Of a stretch of DNA of 64,000 nucleotides, positions 55,277 through 64,000 are shown one piece after another. Below the pieces are notes generated by a model. That model made no database searches and had not been told where the DNA came from. It saw only the letters and a list, made by a program, of their open reading frames with translations. Source of the stretch: a virus; IMG/VR virus record IMGVR_UViG_3300032236_001180, positions 1 to 64,000 of that record. One strand, given 5' to 3'. How positions within the stretch are numbered: position 1 is the first letter of the stretch; every line of letters starts with the position of its first letter. The position numbers and the translations under genes are program-made.

Positions 55277-55486
55277 ATGGAACTACAAGAACTTATTATC
55301 AAAATATGTGAAGAATTGGAAACTTCCTCACTTAACGTACAAAGAAAAAGATATCTTCAAGGATACCTAGAAGAACTTTTTGCTTATAAAAGAAATCATC
55401 CAACAGAAATAGAAGTTCCAAATTCATTACAATTATTTTGTAATTTAAATCCAGAAGCACCTGAATGTAGAAAATACGAATTATGA
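55277..55486 (+). CDS. cp12: CP12 Calvin-cycle regulator
   Basis: C-terminal LQLFCNLNPEAPECRKYE matches the CP12 C-x8-C motif. Confidence 0.85.
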   Translation: MELQELIIKICEELETSSLNVQRKRYLQGYLEELFAYKRNHPTEIEVPNSLQLFCNLNPEAPECRKYEL

Positions 55487-57699
55487 TTGAAGAAAGTTTA
55501 TTGAAATCCGGAATTCTTGGCAAGGATGGATTTGTTTGGTGGATTGGCAGAGTTGCTGATGCAAAAGTTTGGAAAGATGTAAATTTAGAAAATTCTTTTA
55601 ATGGAGATCCAGGATTTAGATGTAAAGTAAGAATTATTGGGTATCATCCATTTGACAATACCATTAAAGAAGAAGATTTGCCCTGGGCAGTTTGCTTGAT
55701 GGATGCAACTGGCGGAAATGGTATGAGTGGTCAAAGTAAGACCTTACAGCTAGAAGGTGGAGAAACTTGTGTTGGTTTCTTTATGGATGGTGAAGATGGT
55801 CAACAGCCAGTAATTATTGGATTGCTTCATCGTCACGCAAATGTAAAATCAAGTATAGATCAAAAAACAATTGATGCAGAGCAAAGTTCTCAATTTAAAA
55901 ATCCACCTCTTTATATTCATAATAATGCACCTGCGACAAATCTTTCAAAAGTAAATACTGATCCAATTTCGCCAGCAACAGCATCTACGGGAATTGGTGC
56001 AACAATAGACCAAAAGATTCCATCTGCTTATATTCCTGGTGCAGTATGTTTAGCACAATGGCAGGTAGAAAAAAAAGGGACAAACATTTCTAGAATACCA
56101 AGCAATTGTGGAAATGATTTAATTGGTAGAATTACGGGAATATTACAAGATTTTATTGCAGGAATTAGTATTTTAGAAAATTCTTTTAATCAATTTGTTG
56201 ATCCAGTTTTAAATAAAATTGTAGATGTAGCATCAAAAGTCAAAAATATTGCAAGTCAAATTGGTGGAATTGTAAAATTAATTATCAATAATATAAGAAG
56301 TGGAATATTTAAGTGTATTGCGAGTTTATTTAAGAAGTTCCTAGCACTTTTGCATAAAACAGATCCAACATCCCCAGTTACATCACAAGTTACGAAGAAA
56401 GCAACAAAAACAATTTTAGATAAATTGTTTTGTATTTTTGAAAATTTAATTGATGAGATTATTGATTTTATTGTAAAAATGCTTACAAATATGATTGGAA
56501 ATATTATCAATCCTAGTCTTTGTGCGGTAGAGCAATTTACTTCGGGCATTCTTGCTAAATTGATGAATATGATTGAACAAGCAATACAACCAATTTTATC
56601 TGGAATTAGTTGGCTAACTGGTGGGATTGGAAGTATTACTGGTATTTTGAGTCAAGCAAGTACAATTGCTACACAAATTTACAACTTTATTGGTGATTGT
56701 GGTGGATTAAAATGCACTCAACCAAGTGAATGGGTTTCTTCTATGGCGGTTGCACTACAAAAATCAAGTGATAATTGGGATAAACAACTTAAAAATATTG
56801 ATATTCTTGGTGGAATAAGTAAGGATTTAACAAAAATTTCCAACGCTATTGGTGGTGATACTAAAATAGGGGGTTCCGTAAATGGTTCGCAATTGACTGG
56901 AATATTACAAACTGCAAATGCTTTGGGTGGTGGTTTAAACTCAATTGAAGGCGCAATTGCTACTTTGGGTCTATTTGGTAATACGAATAATGCTTTTGGT
57001 CCTTGTGATCAATCTACTTTAAATCCACAAACGCAATATGATTTGGGTCCAGTGCCATTGGGATATAGATACGAATATTGCATTCCACCAATTGCAGAAG
57101 TATATGGAAGTGGCATTGGTGCAAATCTCGTTCCTATTGTTGTAAATGGTTCAATCTTCTCAATAGAAGTTATTAATGGTGGTACTGGTTACACATCTCC
57201 ACTTCCAATCGCAATTGTAGATAATACTGGATATGGATCTGGCGCACAAGCACAAGCAATTGTAGAAAATGGTGTGATTACAGGAGCAGTTGTAATTTAT
57301 AGTGGTTCTGGTTATTGTGGTGGAAATTATAATAATATTGGAATTGGAACAACTCAACAATCCACAATTGGGGTTTCAACTTCGTTGGTTGGTGTTGTGA
57401 CTTCAATTTATATTGCAAATCCTGGATTGGGTTATACGTCAGGTGATACTATTAGTATTGGAACTACATCAATCACACCATTAATAACGCCAAATGGTTC
57501 AATTATTCAAGTTAATGTTCCAACAAATTATAATCAAACATTTGGAAGCATTCCTACAATTACAATAAATACATCAACAGGTATTGGTGCAAAAGTCATT
57601 CCAGTAATGAAGTTTACGCCACAAGGAACAACTGTAAATGAAAATTTAAAGATAGATGCAAAACAAAGTCAAGTCATTAATGTGGTGGATTGTATATGA
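55483..57699 (+). CDS. 5: Baseplate hub gp5-like protein (N-terminal OB fold)
   Basis: FVWWIG.V, RCKVRIIGYH, LPWA, GFFMDGE..QQPVI.G. Confidence 0.85.
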   Translation: MIEESLLKSGILGKDGFVWWIGRVADAKVWKDVNLENSFNGDPGFRCKVRIIGYHPFDNTIKEEDLPWAVCLMDATGGNGMSGQSKTLQLEGGETCVGFFMDGEDGQQPVIIGLLHRHANVKSSIDQKTIDAEQSSQFKNPPLYIHNNAPATNLSKVNTDPISPATASTGIGATIDQKIPSAYIPGAVCLAQWQVEKKGTNISRIPSNCGNDLIGRITGILQDFIAGISILENSFNQFVDPVLNKIVDVASKVKNIASQIGGIVKLIINNIRSGIFKCIASLFKKFLALLHKTDPTSPVTSQVTKKATKTILDKLFCIFENLIDEIIDFIVKMLTNMIGNIINPSLCAVEQFTSGILAKLMNMIEQAIQPILSGISWLTGGIGSITGILSQASTIATQIYNFIGDCGGLKCTQPSEWVSSMAVALQKSSDNWDKQLKNIDILGGISKDLTKISNAIGGDTKIGGSVNGSQLTGILQTANALGGGLNSIEGAIATLGLFGNTNNAFGPCDQSTLNPQTQYDLGPVPLGYRYEYCIPPIAEVYGSGIGANLVPIVVNGSIFSIEVINGGTGYTSPLPIAIVDNTGYGSGAQAQAIVENGVITGAVVIYSGSGYCGGNYNNIGIGTTQQSTIGVSTSLVGVVTSIYIANPGLGYTSGDTISIGTTSITPLITPNGSIIQVNVPTNYNQTFGSIPTITINTSTGIGAKVIPVMKFTPQGTTVNENLKIDAKQSQVINVVDCI

Positions 57700-58286
57700 G
57701 TAATTTCACAAAAGAACAATTAGAAGAACTTAAAGATTATTTTCGTCAATATCTTGGCGGAGTAGAAATTACTGCAAACACAAAAAGTGTTGGTCACGAA
57801 AAACTTGAATATGGTATTCATACACCAACCGGGCAAGGTATTCAAATTTATGAAAAAGGACATATAAAATTAGTTGCTAACACCTCAATTGAGTTGACAT
57901 CTGCGGTTGATGCAGATGAAAAATCTGGACATTTTTATATTAAAAATTTAAATGGTACTATTCACATAGAAGCACCTAATGGTGATCTAGTTTTAGAAGG
58001 AAAAAACGTTCAAATTAATGCGACTGATGCAAAAGGTGCAGTAACAATTAAATCTCCACATATTATTGAAACCAATGCCCCGCAGAATACTGTTAAAGGT
58101 TCAAATGTAAATCTTACAGCAGATCAAAGTTTATATTGTTTGGCAAGTTATACAACAGTTCACGGTGAAAATAGTGCCGCAATAGTAGAAGGTCACGAAG
58201 CAATTTTAAATGGTAGTTTGATTTCAAGAATTATAAACGGCATTGAAGAAGTCAAAAAATTCTTCAAGTCTACTTGTGGAGGATAA
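57696..58286 (+). CDS. gp5 C-terminal-like beta-helix spike protein
   Basis: Repeating beta pattern (NGTIHIEAPNGDLVLEGKNVQINA). Confidence 0.6.
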   Translation: MSNFTKEQLEELKDYFRQYLGGVEITANTKSVGHEKLEYGIHTPTGQGIQIYEKGHIKLVANTSIELTSAVDADEKSGHFYIKNLNGTIHIEAPNGDLVLEGKNVQINATDAKGAVTIKSPHIIETNAPQNTVKGSNVNLTADQSLYCLASYTTVHGENSAAIVEGHEAILNGSLISRIINGIEEVKKFFKSTCGG

Positions 58287-58288
58287 TA

Positions 58289-59104
58289 ATGGCTCAAATA
58301 CCTTTAATGCAAGCATCAAAAGTCGTAATTGGAGATTTTGATACTTCTGTATCATCTCTTGGTGAAATATTAGGTCTAAAATCTGGAACACTTGTAAATT
58401 GTGGTGTTTCATATTTTGGGGCATCATTTCCAACTGGAATTGATTTAGGAACAGTTACAATCGGACCTCCGGTTGCAATTCCTGGTGTTGGATCTATTCC
58501 AAATTCACTAAATGTTCTTGGAATTACCAATAATGTTGGAGAAACAAATCATATAGGAGATACAAATACTTTTGGTATCTCTAAAAAACTTGGACTTTCT
58601 TTAAAATTAGCATCAGATATATCTGCTGGTCTTAAAGTCAATGAAGGATTTCATATCACCACTGACAATAAAACCATTACTGGCAATTTGAATGTTACTG
58701 ACCTTATTTGGTGTGATTCCATTTATTCAAATTTTGGTAATTTTGCCAATGTTGCTGCACCATTTAAGCAATTCAATATTCCGCATCCAAATAAAAAAAA
58801 TTATAGATTAGTACACGCTTGTTTGGAAGGACCAGAAATTGGTGTATATTATCGCGGAAGACTCGAAAGGGAAAATACAATTAAACTTCCGGAATATTGG
58901 AATGGATTAGTTCATCCAGGAAGTATTACAGTTAATCTCACTCCACATAAAGTGTACCAAGAACTTTTTGTGAAAAGTATGGATATTTCTAAGATTATTG
59001 TTATGAATAATTCTGGTGGTCCAATTGATTGTAGTTATACTGTCTATGCAGAAAGACTTGATGTTGATAAATTAATTGTAGAACAGAAAGAGGTTGAGAA
59101 ATAA
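58289..59104 (+). CDS. Virion structural protein
   Basis: F.I.HP...LVHACLEGPE.GVYYRG...LPEYW C-terminal domain. Confidence 0.65.
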   Translation: MAQIPLMQASKVVIGDFDTSVSSLGEILGLKSGTLVNCGVSYFGASFPTGIDLGTVTIGPPVAIPGVGSIPNSLNVLGITNNVGETNHIGDTNTFGISKKLGLSLKLASDISAGLKVNEGFHITTDNKTITGNLNVTDLIWCDSIYSNFGNFANVAAPFKQFNIPHPNKKNYRLVHACLEGPEIGVYYRGRLERENTIKLPEYWNGLVHPGSITVNLTPHKVYQELFVKSMDISKIIVMNNSGGPIDCSYTVYAERLDVDKLIVEQKEVEK

Positions 59105-60144
59105 TGTCCAAACAAAATATTATCAATGAATATAATTCAAAAATAGTATCATTAAATAAACAAATTGCTTCTATTGAAGAATTAAAACTTCCATTGCAAG
59201 CATCTATTGATGAACTCAAATCACCAACCGCACAAGTAGATGAGCAGATAGCACAATTAACTGTGGATTTGAATAATCAAATATATAATCTTTCTATTAT
59301 TTCAAATGCAGCATTTGCTTGTGGATGTGGAACAACAGCCGTAGTTATTGTTCCTGTTGCTCCTCCTGGAACTGGAACTACATCGGTAACTGTTGTTGCT
59401 GGTAATACTTATTATTATGAAAATGCAAAGGCACATCGCATTAATGCCGAAAATCTCAATTATTATGGAACAGCACCGAATAAGCCTTTAGAAGGAACCG
59501 ATGGTTCCACATCATTTAATAGTGGATACGCAAATAATACTGTGATTGTTGGATCATCTTCAAATTCTATTTTAGAATTAATTGTAAACAATCCAGGTTC
59601 TGGTTTCATTTCTTCTACTTATTATAGCCAACCATTAGTTGGTGGTACTGGAAATTCAGCAAAAGCAGATATTACTATTTCTCCTACTGGTAATGTAACA
59701 GATATAATTGTAAATAATGGTGGTACTGGATATTCTGTGAATGATGTTCTTACTGTTGCAGCATTTCCGGGTGCTTCATTTACAGTTACAGATATAGGAT
59801 CTCCAATTTTAGGAATTGGCATAGATACTTATATTGTAGCAAGTTCTGGAATTGGAAGTGTTTTTATACCAACTATACTTTCTTCTGGCATAAGTAGATG
59901 TACTACATCTTGTGTAGATTATAATTCTCAAGTGAATGTAGTTTTGTCTAATATTGCAGCAATAAGAACTTACAGGGACACTTTATTGTCTGGTGTAAAT
60001 TCAATGAAAGTTGAAATGACGAAGTTATATAAACAAAGATATGGATATATTTTTGGTGAAGGTACAATCAATGACAGAAAAACCCAGATTAATAATATCA
60101 TAAATGTTTTAAATAATTCAACATACAATCAATACTTCTCATGA
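59104..60144 (+). CDS. Virion structural protein
   Basis: Coiled-coil ends, NPGSGF/NGGTGY repeats. Confidence 0.65.
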   Translation: MSKQNIINEYNSKIVSLNKQIASIEELKLPLQASIDELKSPTAQVDEQIAQLTVDLNNQIYNLSIISNAAFACGCGTTAVVIVPVAPPGTGTTSVTVVAGNTYYYENAKAHRINAENLNYYGTAPNKPLEGTDGSTSFNSGYANNTVIVGSSSNSILELIVNNPGSGFISSTYYSQPLVGGTGNSAKADITISPTGNVTDIIVNNGGTGYSVNDVLTVAAFPGASFTVTDIGSPILGIGIDTYIVASSGIGSVFIPTILSSGISRCTTSCVDYNSQVNVVLSNIAAIRTYRDTLLSGVNSMKVEMTKLYKQRYGYIFGEGTINDRKTQINNIINVLNNSTYNQYFS

Positions 60145-63100
60145 GTACTCTTCTTCTCAATAGTATAACTGGATTAACAACTAGTACTGAATTAACTGGC
60201 GTTAAACTAGATTTATATTTAAGAGAATATCCAAATTTAACTAAAGTTGGAATTGCAACAACTGCGACTTCCAATTATTTTGTGATGTTGAATGAGACTA
60301 ATATAGAATTAAGGCAGCCATATGTAAGTAATAATTTAGTTTTTAATCCATATTTGACAAGACTTGGAATAGGAACAAATGACCCCCAAGCTACTCTTGA
60401 TGTAAATGGAAGTATAAAGTATAGTGGTCCGTTCACAAATAGTGGAATTGCAACTTTTTCTGGACCAGTTTATTTTACAAGTGATGTGTCATTTGATCGT
60501 TTTGATGTAAATATTGCAACGGTACTTAAAAGATTTAATATTGGTGTTGGTGGAACAATTTTAATTGGAATTGCTTCAACTGATCCAAGTGTCGTTGGAA
60601 GTGCCTCTACTTATTATGGAAATGTTGGTATAGGATCCACAATTCCGCAGCAAAAATTAGATATTGGCGGAAGTTTAAAAATAAGTAAAGATATTTACGA
60701 TTCTTTAAATGCCCCAGGTTCTGTTGGATCATTTTTAACCAAAGATGCACAGGGAATTAAATGGACCCCAGTTCAGCCATCAATTACTCAAGGTATTTTT
60801 GTTTATAATGATGAAATATTAGTTGGGGTTCAATCATTTAGGGGTTTGAACTTCAAAACTGGTCGTAGTTCTGGAGTTGGAACAGATCCAATACAAGCAT
60901 ATGTGGGTGCAGCAAATACCACTATTGCTGATGTGTATGTTTCTAGTTATTGGGATTATACGAATGGGACAAATAGTATTTACAGAATGTCTAATGTTGG
61001 TATTAATATAAACAATCCAACAGTAGCATTGGATATAGATGGGAGTGCTTCTATTACTCAAACTATGAGTGCCGCTTATGGAGAAATATCACAAACTTTA
61101 AACGCTCACGGTGCAGTTACATTTTATTCTACATTAGACACAAAAGGAATTACGACACTTGAAGATAAATTAAATGTTACCGGAGATACTACATTATATT
61201 CAACACTTAAAGTTGGTGCTGGTGGGACAGTCATTACCACAACAGGTATTGGTTCTGTTGGTATTGGAACTATAAATCCATCAAGAGATATTGATTTAGC
61301 AAAAGATATTAGAATTCGTGAAGCAATATTTGATTCTAATAATAATGTTGGGTATGTTACAAACTTTTACCAAAATCCAAGAGCAGTATTGACTACTGTT
61401 GGTATTGGAAGTACCGGACAAATCATAGGGGGAAGATTCTTTGATGCTGCAAATATGATTCGTTTGAATCTTGATTTTATTGCAAATGAGGCAATCGGAT
61501 TTCTTACGAGTACAGATTATAAAAATCCAGCATTTGTTGTTCCTGGCGTTGGTGGAGTTTCAACTTGTAGAAATGATATTAAGCAAATTTTAAAGGCAAT
61601 CACTCTTGATATTACTAAAGGTGGAAATTCACAGTCTGTAGGTGCTGGTTTATCGTATTATAATGGACCATCACTTATTCATATTGCTGGAAATGATATA
61701 AATGGTTATTCAATTAAAGATGCTACGATTGTCGCAATTACAACGGCAGCTCAACTTTCCAAGTATATTATCAACAATGCTTTATTGCCAAACTCATATC
61801 AAAGTGGCATAAGCAGTATTCGTCAAATTCGTGATTTGACTTTACAGGAAGATAATGGAAGTAATGTTAGTCCAACGGGATGTTCTAATGTAGTTTCGGC
61901 AATTTATACTTGTGCCGGAATTGTAACTACAATTATTGGTGGAGGTCCAACATCTGCGCCAAATATTACTTATCCTGACGGCAAAGTAATTTGGGCACCA
62001 GCAGGAGCAGATTCTAGAAACTCAATTTGGGTTACGAAATATGGAAATGATGATAATACTGGAAAAACTGAAGGTGATGCAAAACTAACAATTGCTGCCG
62101 CAGCAGCAATTGCAAAATCTGGCGATACTGTTGTTGTTCGTCCTGGTGTTTATTATGAAAATAATCCAATTGGTTTAAGAACTGATGTTGCGATTAGCGG
62201 TCAAGATTTAAGACTTGTTACTGTGGTTCCTCAAAATTTAGGAAAAGATGTCTTTCACGTAAGAAGAGGATGTTTGATTGAAAACTTAAATTTTTCTTGT
62301 GATACTGGACAATCTAATTTAGGCGGTGGAGCTGTTGCATTTCCACCAACTGATGTATCTAAAATAGCAGTATCTGGTTATATTGCCCCCGGACCAGCAA
62401 CCGAAGGACCATCAGGAAGATGGAGATCTCCGTATATAAGAAATTGCACCAATTTTATGCCAAAAAGTATTGGCATGAGAATTGATGGAAAGGATGCAAC
62501 TGCTTCTACGATTGGAGCAGATCTTAAGTGTATGGTTTGTGATTCATTTACACAATATAATGAAGCGGGTATTGGGGTTTCTGTTACGAATAATGGATAT
62601 GCCCAATTGGTTTCTATTTTTACAATCAACTGTGATATTGCAATTTATGCAACAAGTGGTGGACAGTGCGATTTAACTAACTCAAACTCTTCGTTTGGAA
62701 ACTATGGATTAGTTGCTGATGGTCTTGGTGCTTTAGAATTTACAGCAAATGTTGGTGTGGAATTCACTGGTGGTGGGGATACCATTGTCCTTAATAATGT
62801 GCAGGACACTTCTTTAAATTATCGTATTCCATATGATGGCCAAGCACTTTGGTTCCAAATTCCAGTAAATGGAACTTATATTACAAGTCCTATGCAACAA
62901 TTAGGTAGTGTAACTGTACTTAATGGTGGTAGTGGTTATAGTGCAGCATCTCCACCAAGCATAACTCTTGTTGATATTGGAAATAGCAATAGCCTATTGC
63001 CATTAGGACCAGAAGGAATTATTGCAGAAGTATCCCCAACTATAAATGATTCTGGTGCAATCACAGCAATTGATGTGGTTAATAGTGGAAGAAATTATCT

Positions 63101-63569
63101 TCCCACTCAAACGATGAGAATTGCGATTAATGGAGTGGTTCAAAGTACAAGCAATTATGTTGCAAATATGTCTCCAATATATTACACAGTAAATTCTGCA
63201 ACAGCAACTAATACTGGAATTTCAACAGTAGTATTCAATGAATTCGTTCCATTTAATATTGGAATTGGAACAACAGTTAGAATGTATAGAATTAGTCGTA
63301 TTCTTACTAGTGGTCATTCATTTGAATATATTGGTACTGGAACAGATATAAATACAGCAACACCCCAAAAGGGTGGTGTTCCAATTACAGAAAATGAAGT
63401 TGTTGCTCGTAATGGTGCCCAAATACCATATACAAGCACCAATCAAAAAGGAAATTTTGAAATTGGAAAGGGGATCATTATAGATCAAACTACCAATACA
63501 ATTCGTGGTAGAGATTTTAGTAGAGCGATACAAGCAGAAGTTACACCTTTAATTCTTGCATTGAGATAA
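60141..63569 (+). CDS. Tail fibre/spike-like protein: VGIGT fibre repeats, helical phycobiliprotein-like domain, pectin-lyase-like beta-helix
   Basis: Repeated GIGT..P...LD motifs; GNDDNTG...TIAAA...GDTVVVRPGVY.E beta-helix start; helical domain at 61434-61940. Confidence 0.75.
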   Translation: MSTLLLNSITGLTTSTELTGVKLDLYLREYPNLTKVGIATTATSNYFVMLNETNIELRQPYVSNNLVFNPYLTRLGIGTNDPQATLDVNGSIKYSGPFTNSGIATFSGPVYFTSDVSFDRFDVNIATVLKRFNIGVGGTILIGIASTDPSVVGSASTYYGNVGIGSTIPQQKLDIGGSLKISKDIYDSLNAPGSVGSFLTKDAQGIKWTPVQPSITQGIFVYNDEILVGVQSFRGLNFKTGRSSGVGTDPIQAYVGAANTTIADVYVSSYWDYTNGTNSIYRMSNVGININNPTVALDIDGSASITQTMSAAYGEISQTLNAHGAVTFYSTLDTKGITTLEDKLNVTGDTTLYSTLKVGAGGTVITTTGIGSVGIGTINPSRDIDLAKDIRIREAIFDSNNNVGYVTNFYQNPRAVLTTVGIGSTGQIIGGRFFDAANMIRLNLDFIANEAIGFLTSTDYKNPAFVVPGVGGVSTCRNDIKQILKAITLDITKGGNSQSVGAGLSYYNGPSLIHIAGNDINGYSIKDATIVAITTAAQLSKYIINNALLPNSYQSGISSIRQIRDLTLQEDNGSNVSPTGCSNVVSAIYTCAGIVTTIIGGGPTSAPNITYPDGKVIWAPAGADSRNSIWVTKYGNDDNTGKTEGDAKLTIAAAAAIAKSGDTVVVRPGVYYENNPIGLRTDVAISGQDLRLVTVVPQNLGKDVFHVRRGCLIENLNFSCDTGQSNLGGGAVAFPPTDVSKIAVSGYIAPGPATEGPSGRWRSPYIRNCTNFMPKSIGMRIDGKDATASTIGADLKCMVCDSFTQYNEAGIGVSVTNNGYAQLVSIFTINCDIAIYATSGGQCDLTNSNSSFGNYGLVADGLGALEFTANVGVEFTGGGDTIVLNNVQDTSLNYRIPYDGQALWFQIPVNGTYITSPMQQLGSVTVLNGGSGYSAASPPSITLVDIGNSNSLLPLGPEGIIAEVSPTINDSGAITAIDVVNSGRNYLPTQTMRIAINGVVQSTSNYVANMSPIYYTVNSATATNTGISTVVFNEFVPFNIGIGTTVRMYRISRILTSGHSFEYIGTGTDINTATPQKGGVPITENEVVARNGAQIPYTSTNQKGNFEIGKGIIIDQTTNTIRGRDFSRAIQAEVTPLILALR

Positions 63570-63572
63570 GAA

Positions 63573-64000
63573 ATGGCAGTTGCACCACTTAATAAGTTCC
63601 TCACATTTGCAGTTCCAGTTGCGCCAGGAGAACAAGTAGTATATACAACTCCTGTGGGAGTATCGGCAATTTTACTTTATGCTCAGGCATCAAATGTTGC
63701 TGGAATTACAACTTATCCATCATTGACATTTACACATCGCAGAACAACAATTAAAACTGGAAATGTAAGAAACAATAGAGTCATTAAAGGTGGAAAAATA
63801 TTTCCAAATGATAGTTTAATTATTATTGATGGTAGATTGGTATTAGAAAGAACGGCTTTAATTTCAGATTCAATTGTAATTTCTGGAACTCAATCTGGTA
63901 TTGTTTCAGTTACTGGTTGTAAGTATGATAACACAACAGGCATAACAACAGTTACTACAATTAGTCCCCATAACTTTTCTGTTGGGGACGAAATTACAAT
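63573..64000 (+). CDS. Virion structural protein, 5' part (runs off window)
   Basis: MAVAPLNKFLTFAVPVAPGEQVVYTTPVG...; open to the window end. Confidence 0.7.
   Translation, partial: MAVAPLNKFLTFAVPVAPGEQVVYTTPVGVSAILLYAQASNVAGITTYPSLTFTHRRTTIKTGNVRNNRVIKGGKIFPNDSLIIIDGRLVLERTALISDSIVISGTQSGIVSVTGCKYDNTTGITTVTTISPHNFSVGDEIT

Noticed and set aside
1-64000. Stop-codon reassignment
   Set aside because: Core genes translate full-length with the standard code, and TAA, TGA and TAG all terminate genes.

Overview
This is a 64 kb, AT-rich segment of a large T4-like cyanomyovirus genome. It shows T4 late TATAAATA promoters, sigma70-type early promoters and the standard genetic code. From start to end: the 3' end of nrdB; an accessory region of probable capsid-packaged proteins, nucleases, peptidases, two DUF1003 genes and an RlpA-like gene behind a structured RNA leader; a porin-pstS-dps block with three tRNA genes, one of them non-canonical; a ~16 kb, 17-gene nucleotide-sugar/glycosyltransferase cluster; two hli genes; psbA split by a group I intron that carries an HNH endonuclease; purC, three tandem LamG-like genes, speD, glutaredoxin, thyX and phoH; and the T4 core genes 33, 59, 32, 53, 48, 2, 4, 26, 51 and 5 with cp12 and tail genes. 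The most striking observation is a helical domain inside the 1142-aa tail-fibre-like protein that aligns by eye with the globin core of phycobiliprotein beta subunits, including counterparts of both bilin-binding cysteines. Other notable items are a long-variable-arm tRNA(UAU) placed behind an orphan Phd-like gene, a riboswitch-like leader before rlpA, and capsid-targeted enzymatic cargo. All calls come from reading motifs by eye; no database search was run.
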